Part shown: in pieces, positions 58,376 through 64,000 of the stretch | Layout: every line of letters starts with the position of its first letter | Position numbering within the stretch: position 1 is the first letter of the stretch | IMG/VR virus record: IMGVR_UViG_3300033233_000031 | Location: 7,489 to 71,488 of that record | DNA from: a virus | DNA: 64,000 nucleotides | Reading direction: 5' to 3' (one strand) | Program-made: the position numbers and the translations under genes | The notes under the pieces: model-generated | The model's database searches: none | Seen by the model: the letters and a program-made list of their open reading frames with translations, nothing else | What the model was told of the DNA's origin: nothing

Positions 58376-59126
58376 GTCCTCCTACCTCCCGTAATCATCT
58401 GCCACAGAGCACTGAACGTGTCCCGCACGATCTCGTAAACCGTCCCGAGTGTGGCGATCAGCACAGCGAGCAGGAGCAGTCCCACGACGTAGGCCGCGAC
58501 GATCACGGGCGCTGCTCCAGGTGCCGTCGCGCCAGCCAGCCGAGAACGCAGATGTTGAAGGCCACGACGAGAAGACTGAAGAGACTGCCCTTCACGATGT
58601 ACGTCGCTGCCGCGATGACCGACGCCGCCGAGAGGCAGATAACGCCAGCCAATTTCATGAGCCCGGCACCCACATGATCCCTCTCATCCGCTGCTCGACC
58701 ATGTATCCGACAGCGTTCTGTCGCGCCGTGGTCTGCGACTCTCCAGTGGCGAAGCCCCACATGAATGATCCCTCGTCGCTCACCCAGGTCAGCAGGCAGC
58801 CATACAGGCCGCCGGCGACACGACCGAGATAGTCGGGCTTGAGATTCTTGGCCCACTTGATGACCGGCGTGTCGTCTGGTTGCGGCAGATGGCCCATCAC
58901 CCTCGCGAAGTCTGTCATCGATCCCCTTCCTTGATCTGCCGAACATAGAAGTCCGTGAACAGGAAGTTCCCGTTGATGAGGTTGTCGCAAAGCTCGTCAG
59001 CCTGTTCCCGAGTCAGCGGATGGGCGTCCTCGGTGGCCACGAACGTGTCATCCCCCAGCGGCTTGATGTAGCCGCGCTCGCCGGTCATTGTGCGGTGGAA
59101 GCAGACAGCCCAGGAAGGATCCGCGC

Positions 59127-59504
59127 TCATCGGAATCTCCGGCTTCCTCGACGACGAGAAGGATCGCGGTTCTCCTCCGCAAGCTGTGCCGGTCTGATCC
59201 CTCTGAGTACATTGGTCTGTGGGGTAACCGCCTCAAGATGCAATGGCCTCACGCACTTCAGCGAAGAGCACCCGGCGGCCTTGACATGATCGATCTGATA
59301 GCCGTCTGGTATCGGACCGACCAGCGCCTTGTAGACGACGCGATGGGCATAGTCGACTCCTCTCGTCCCGTCGGCTAGTGACCCGACGCCCACCACTCCG
59401 TACCCGTTCCCGTTGTCAGCGCCTTGGAAGATCCAGCACTCACCAACGACTCGCGTTCGCTCTAGCACGCGGATGTGCGGCGGCTTTGGCTGAAGCCCCT
59501 TCAC
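59127..59504 (-). CDS. HNH endonuclease
   Basis: CWIFQG..GYG, AHRVVY, IDHV..C...CVRPLHLEAVT..N. Confidence 0.88.
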   Translation of the reverse strand: MKGLQPKPPHIRVLERTRVVGECWIFQGADNGNGYGVVGVGSLADGTRGVDYAHRVVYKALVGPIPDGYQIDHVKAAGCSSLKCVRPLHLEAVTPQTNVLRGIRPAQLAEENRDPSRRRGSRRFR

Positions 59505-59884
59505 GGCCCAGCTCTTCGGTCATCTATTTGCCATAAATGCATACAGAAGTCGTGCAGATTCACGTACTCGTCCGGCGGCGGCAGTAGCAACGCCATCGTC
59601 ACATCGTCGGGGACGAGCTCGTAGCGAACGTCGGCGATCTCATCCCAGGTCGGATAGCGGTGCTGGTGGGCGATCGAGAGATGCCAGAGCATCGTCTCGG
59701 CAGGTGGCAACCAGATGCCCGCCGGCGCGGCACGGTTCGGTTCGCGCGCGCAGATCACCGAGCAGCCCGAGGCTGTTCGGTAGGCGTGATGGTCGCCCGG
59801 TAGATGCCCGATCGCGTCAGGCCGGTCGACCTCCGTGAGCTTCCCGGCTCGTCGGCCCTTGGCGCTACGTGGCCGCGTGCTCAC
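59501..59884 (-). CDS. conserved phage hypothetical protein
   Basis: WHLSIA..RYPTWDEI..P...YVNLH..CMHLW motif. Confidence 0.7.
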   Translation of the reverse strand: MSTRPRSAKGRRAGKLTEVDRPDAIGHLPGDHHAYRTASGCSVICAREPNRAAPAGIWLPPAETMLWHLSIAHQHRYPTWDEIADVRYELVPDDVTMALLLPPPDEYVNLHDFCMHLWQIDDRRAGP

Positions 59885-62088
59885 CGCCCAAGCCTCGCCC
59901 TGCGCCGAGCCTGCCGCGCGCGCTTGTGCGCCCGCCGCAGCTTGACCGGACGGCAGTGCTTTACCGCGGCCCGGACCGCCTCTGGCTTGAAGCCGAAAAA
60001 CTTGTTTAGACGGGCGACCCCAGCCTCGTGCTTATCGCGCGCTTCCTCTGTCTTCTTCTTGTCCAGGCGCCTCATGCCTGTCCCTCCCGCTTATCGAGCG
60101 GCATCCGCCCGTGGCGGCGAAGGGCGCGCGCGACGCTGCGCGCATCCTTGCGCCCGCTGGCCATCGCCAGCAGGCGGAATCGCTTCAGCCTGCGTGCCTT
60201 GCTCATGCGTCCCCCTCGATGCTCTTCGTCTCGAACTCCATCCACTGGTTCTGGTCGTGCCCGTGCGGGCAGACGAGTTCCTGGCTGACCTCGGTCCTCT
60301 CGGATATACCGAACTGGGTGACGATCTTGCGCGTTGTCTCGACTCGGCGCGCGAAGCGCGGCTCGCGACAGGTAAGGCAGAGGCCGTAGCAGAGCACGTT
60401 CTCGACCTCAGCCGCGCTCCACGCGCGCCGCCCCGATTTCGATTCTTCGATCTTGTCCATGTACGCCTGCGAGTAGGAATGCGTGTTGCAGACGGCCCAG
60501 CCCCAGCCGGTGTTCGCGCAGGGAGGCTCTTCGCAGCCGTCCACGAAGCAGTGGTAGCTCATCCGCGCTGCTCCGCGGCCATCCGCTCGAGAGCGCTCTT
60601 GACCACGCCGCGCACCCACTCCGCCGGCTCCTTCCCCGTCGCCTTGATCCGCCGCGCGTCCTTGGCGCGGATGTAGACCACCACGTTCTGATGCTCAGCC
60701 ACTGATCACCTCACGCGAAGCAGGCGGATAGGTCTTCACGGCGTCTCGTCCTCGCGCGGGTGATATGCCCGCCGTCTGATCTCGCCCGCCAAGTCCTCGG
60801 CGTATGCCGCCGTGATCAGCGCCGCCGCCTCCAGCGTCGTCTGCGGCAGCTCGCTCAGCGTGCAGCCGCCGGGAACTCCGATCGCCTCGCGGATCGCGCG
60901 GCTGAGCCTGACCGTGACCTCGAGATCTGCGCTCTTCCACGTCCTCCAGCGCGCCCTTGCTGCCCCGGAGCAGGAGGTCACGTTTTCCTCTCCGCTTCGA
61001 CGGACAGCGGGACGGCAGCCCCTTCTACAGCACCCGCACAGTCACACGGCTCGTCGTACTCGGCCCGCAACTCCTTGACGGCACGTACCGCGAGCACGTC
61101 AATGCCGGGAGCAATTTGCCCCATGTCCGACAGCGTTCTCGCTCCATCGGTGTCGGCCCCGGCGTGAACGAAGCACTCGAACAGTGCGTCCTCTAGCGCG
61201 GCTAGGCGAGCGGAGAGAGCGTCGAGCGCGGACTCAACAATGGGGTCACCCGACATGAAGCCATGCTCCACAGCCCGGCATGACGCTCCCCGGGTCGGAT
61301 GGGTGAAGTGCTCCGAGATGTACTGTTCCGCAGCCTCCTTTGACGGGAACATGGCTCCATCCCTTGCTGTCTCCGTCCAGCGTTTCTCAGTTGCCGGATG
61401 CCAGCCGGTGTGTTCTAGCCATACAGTCGGTGTCTGTCTCTCCGGTTGACCGCGCTCGATGAGCCATTGGAAGGTCGTCCCCGTGGGTAGTGCTCCGTGC
61501 TTTGTCAGCGCCTCCCGGATAACCGTCCAATCCGATGCCGCGCTCACGTCCCCAACCGTTCTTCGAGTGCGGCTAGGCGAGCGGAGAGAGCGTCCGGGTC
61601 ATCTTCCCGTGGTTCCCTCTTGGCGGCAGCGTCACAGTGAGCCAGCAGACCATCGAGAGTTCGCGCCGCGTCACTGAGTTTGCGGTGCGCGGCTTCCGCA
61701 CGGACAGCACGGTCCTCAGCAGCCTCAGCGCGAGCGAAGTAGTGATCTGCCGCGAGTGCTTGCAGGGCATCGCTTGCTTCGTCCCGTTCCTTGCGGGCCG
61801 CGGCAAGCTCGGAGAGGAGCCACGACACGTCCTTCTGATACTCGCGCTCCCAAGGCCGCAGGCCCGTTGCGTCGTCGGTGCGCTCCTGTATCGCCTGTTC
61901 TCTCCCGTACCCGCGCGCGCTCATCCGACGGCCTTCCACAGCAGCATGCCGCCGGCAGCCAGAGTGAGCAGTGAGGCCGCCAGGCCGAGCCAGTCGCGGT
62001 CGACGATGCACCTGGCGACGCTCCCAGCAGCGACAAGAGTCGCCAGCCAGAGCGCCACCAGTGCAAAAGATCTACTCACCGCCAGACC

Positions 62089-62117
62089 ACTGTACTACTT
62101 CACTAGTTCAGTATCAA
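62089..62117 (-). promoter_or_regulatory. sigma70-type promoter for the leftward early operon
   Basis: TTGATA-N17-TACAGT on the minus strand in an AT-rich patch. Confidence 0.8.
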
Positions 62118-62277
62118 GCCGCATCGGCCGCGCGCCGATTCTCGCGGCGCACCCGCTGCCAGAGAACGGGATGCCGCAGCCGCCAGACGAGACGCCGGCG
62201 CCGTGTCCAGCCGGGCTCGATCAGCCAGGGTGGCAGCGCGAAGGCCTGAGCGATTCGAGTCGGAGCGAGCCGCCTTC

Positions 62278-62787
62278 TCACGCCCAGCTCCCGCCCGCCG
62301 AGCTCGTCTCCTTCCGGCACGCCGCACACCAGGCCTTGGCCCCTCCCTCGTGCTGCTTGCAGGCCACCGGCTTGACCTTTCCTTCGCGCAAGCGAACCGA
62401 TTTTTGCGGCGCCGCCGACTTGCCGCCGCGCACCCCCAGCGGATCCGCCTCACCCGTCGAGCGCACGCGCACTCCTTCGCAGCCGCCGCGGTTTCGCCCC
62501 TCGGCGTCGACACCATGTGAGCCGATCTCCCCCAGCTCCCCCTGCGGGCTGACTAGCCCCAGGTCGCCCTCGCCTGGTTTGCCGCTGCCGCCGGCTCCCC
62601 CGCCGCTCTCGATCTCGACCCGCGCCCCGTTCTGCAGCGCCTCCGTCATATCCAGCCCGTCACCCTCGAGCTGCTGCACGACCCACTCGTTCAGCGAGAG
62701 CCCGGCGAGCGCCGCGCGTTCCCGCCAGCGGGAGATCTGCGCCTCACCCTCGGGGCGAACTGTCAGTCTCGGGCGATCACTGGGCAA
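62278..62787 (-). CDS. ribbon-helix-helix DNA-binding protein
   Basis: RLTVRP....ISRWRERAALAGLSLNEWVVQQL; disordered tail with a C-terminal Cys cluster. Confidence 0.65.
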   Translation of the reverse strand: MPSDRPRLTVRPEGEAQISRWRERAALAGLSLNEWVVQQLEGDGLDMTEALQNGARVEIESGGGAGGSGKPGEGDLGLVSPQGELGEIGSHGVDAEGRNRGGCEGVRVRSTGEADPLGVRGGKSAAPQKSVRLREGKVKPVACKQHEGGAKAWCAACRKETSSAGGSWA

Positions 62788-62875
62788 GGTGACGTCACCC
62801 TAGCGCGAGGTGACGTCACCTGCCGAGCGCCCGCGACTGAGGTGACGTCACTTCCAGCTGTAGGTGACGTCACCT
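62787..62875. repeat. four palindromic AGGTGACGTCAC(C/T) sites
   Basis: Copies start at 62787, 62808, 62840 and 62862. Confidence 0.92.
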
Positions 62876-63348
62876 TTGCTGGACTAGTGCACCACGTACA
62901 CCGTGATTTTCTGTGTGTATGGCGAGGGGCTCTGCGCCCAGGATCGAGGGGGGAGGGGTAGGGGTAGCAGCGAAGTTCGGCACGGCGGCGCCCGTCGGCG
63001 GCGGCGGGCTAGCTCGCGGGCAGGCGGCGCCGGTACGGGCTAGGACGTCGACCGCGAGCCGGGCGCCCGTCTACGGGCTAGCAGGCGCCGCGCGGGCGCC
63101 CGTAGGGGTCGGGCGCGAGGACCGATTCTCGGCCGACTGAGAAAGGCGGAACGGGTGACTAGGCAGGCATCCGCCCGATGGTGTAGAACTACGGGTGACA
63201 CGAAGACCAAGACGCGGCGCGGCAAGCGGCGGCACACGGGTAGCTATCCGATGCAAGCGGCAAGTCAAGCGGGCGAGACGTCCTAGTGGTACGTGCACCA
63301 GACAACCTCAATCGACCGTGACTCACTCACCCAGTGAAGGAGTCACGA

Positions 63349-64000
63349 ATGAGCAAGATCGACAGGGCAGCCCTCAAGGCAGCCCTAGACGCCGCCCTTT
63401 CGGCTATTGGCGCTTTGCGCGTCAAGGCGGGCGAGACTCAGCAGGCAAACCGTGGAGTCATGCTCGGCCTTGCGGTCGAGCTATGGCTCGGCGGTGAGGC
63501 ATACTCGGCGCTTCATCCGGCGGCATCAGTCGTCGACTGGGCGGTTGAGCATGCGCAAGGATTCGGTCAGGACGGCGGCGGCATTAGCCCGCAGACAGCC
63601 TACCGACTCCGCAACGCTGGCAGAGTCGCGACCGTGCTAGGCACGAAGCTAGACGGGCGAGACGTCAACTACACATCGCTCGTGCCTCTGCACCGCTACA
63701 TCGCGGCGGCAGCAGGCAAGAGCGAGAAGGACCAGGCCACGGCCGCCCGCAAGGTAGGCACGTTGTGGTCGCAAGCGGTCAAGGCGGCAGGGCGCCGCGG
63801 GCGCCCTACCGAAGAAGCGGTCAAGGTCCTCTGCGAAGCCGATATGCCTTCGGGTACACGCGGCAGCAAGGGCGCCACGGCCGAAGGGCGGAAGGCAGCG
63901 AAGACAACCTCGCGAGCCTCATCCGCCACCAAGGCGGCAGCGAAGAACGAGCCGACCAAGGGCAACGAGCCGACTACGAGCGTTGTGGTCGAGTCGGCAG
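63349..64000 (+). CDS. Ala/Lys-rich hypothetical protein, truncated by the window end
   Basis: AAGGAG RBS; open frame MSKIDRAALKAALDAA... runs to the end of the window. Confidence 0.7.
   Translation, partial: MSKIDRAALKAALDAALSAIGALRVKAGETQQANRGVMLGLAVELWLGGEAYSALHPAASVVDWAVEHAQGFGQDGGGISPQTAYRLRNAGRVATVLGTKLDGRDVNYTSLVPLHRYIAAAAGKSEKDQATAARKVGTLWSQAVKAAGRRGRPTEEAVKVLCEADMPSGTRGSKGATAEGRKAAKTTSRASSATKAAAKNEPTKGNEPTTSVVVESA

Larger units (their letters stand above)
58372..62079 (-). other. further short coupled early genes (membrane, Zn-binding, RHH-like and coiled-coil proteins)
   Basis: For example 58655-58918, 58915-59130, 59881-60075, 60203-60563, 60736-60981, 60978-61547, 61544-61924 and 61921-62079. 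Confidence 0.65.

Noticed and set aside
62787-62875. Possible mini CRISPR array
   Set aside because: Repeats are only 12-14 bp with 7-19 bp gaps, and no cas genes are present
1-64000. tRNA, integrase, DNA polymerase or primase genes
   Set aside because: None recognised by eye; they may lie outside the window, and a tRNAscan or HMM search would be needed to exclude them

Overview
This 64 kb window is part of a high-GC tailed (siphovirus-like) phage genome. The host is probably actinobacterial; this is inferred from GC content, TANNNT leaderless promoters and resemblance of the head and tail genes to cluster B-like actinophages. The + strand carries small accessory and glycosyltransferase genes, then portal, capsid protease, a LuxR-type regulator, major capsid, major tail and a second (pentamer-like) capsid protein. 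These are followed by a large fibre module (two Thr-rich collagen-like proteins and three tandem glycine-rich paralogs), a methyltransferase and GT4, neck and tail genes, tape measure and minor tail genes. Next come an inverted M23 lysis cassette, a displaced terminase pair, and a long leftward operon of small early genes ending in a HerA-like ATPase. No integrase, DNA polymerase, tRNA, CRISPR array or reverse transcriptase was recognised. The most notable signals are: (1) six glycosyltransferases plus a methyltransferase and a deacetylase alongside proline-poor Gly-X-Thr collagen fibres, a candidate fibre-glycosylation system; (2) a recurring CCG-N10-TANNNT promoter architecture; (3) an 18-bp palindrome in three copies, two at identical spacing from promoters; (4) a perfect -1 slippery site outside the tail genes; (5) two unrelated proteases fused to ribbon-helix-helix-like domains; and (6) a helically phased array of four palindromes. 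All product calls come from motif recognition by eye, not database searches.
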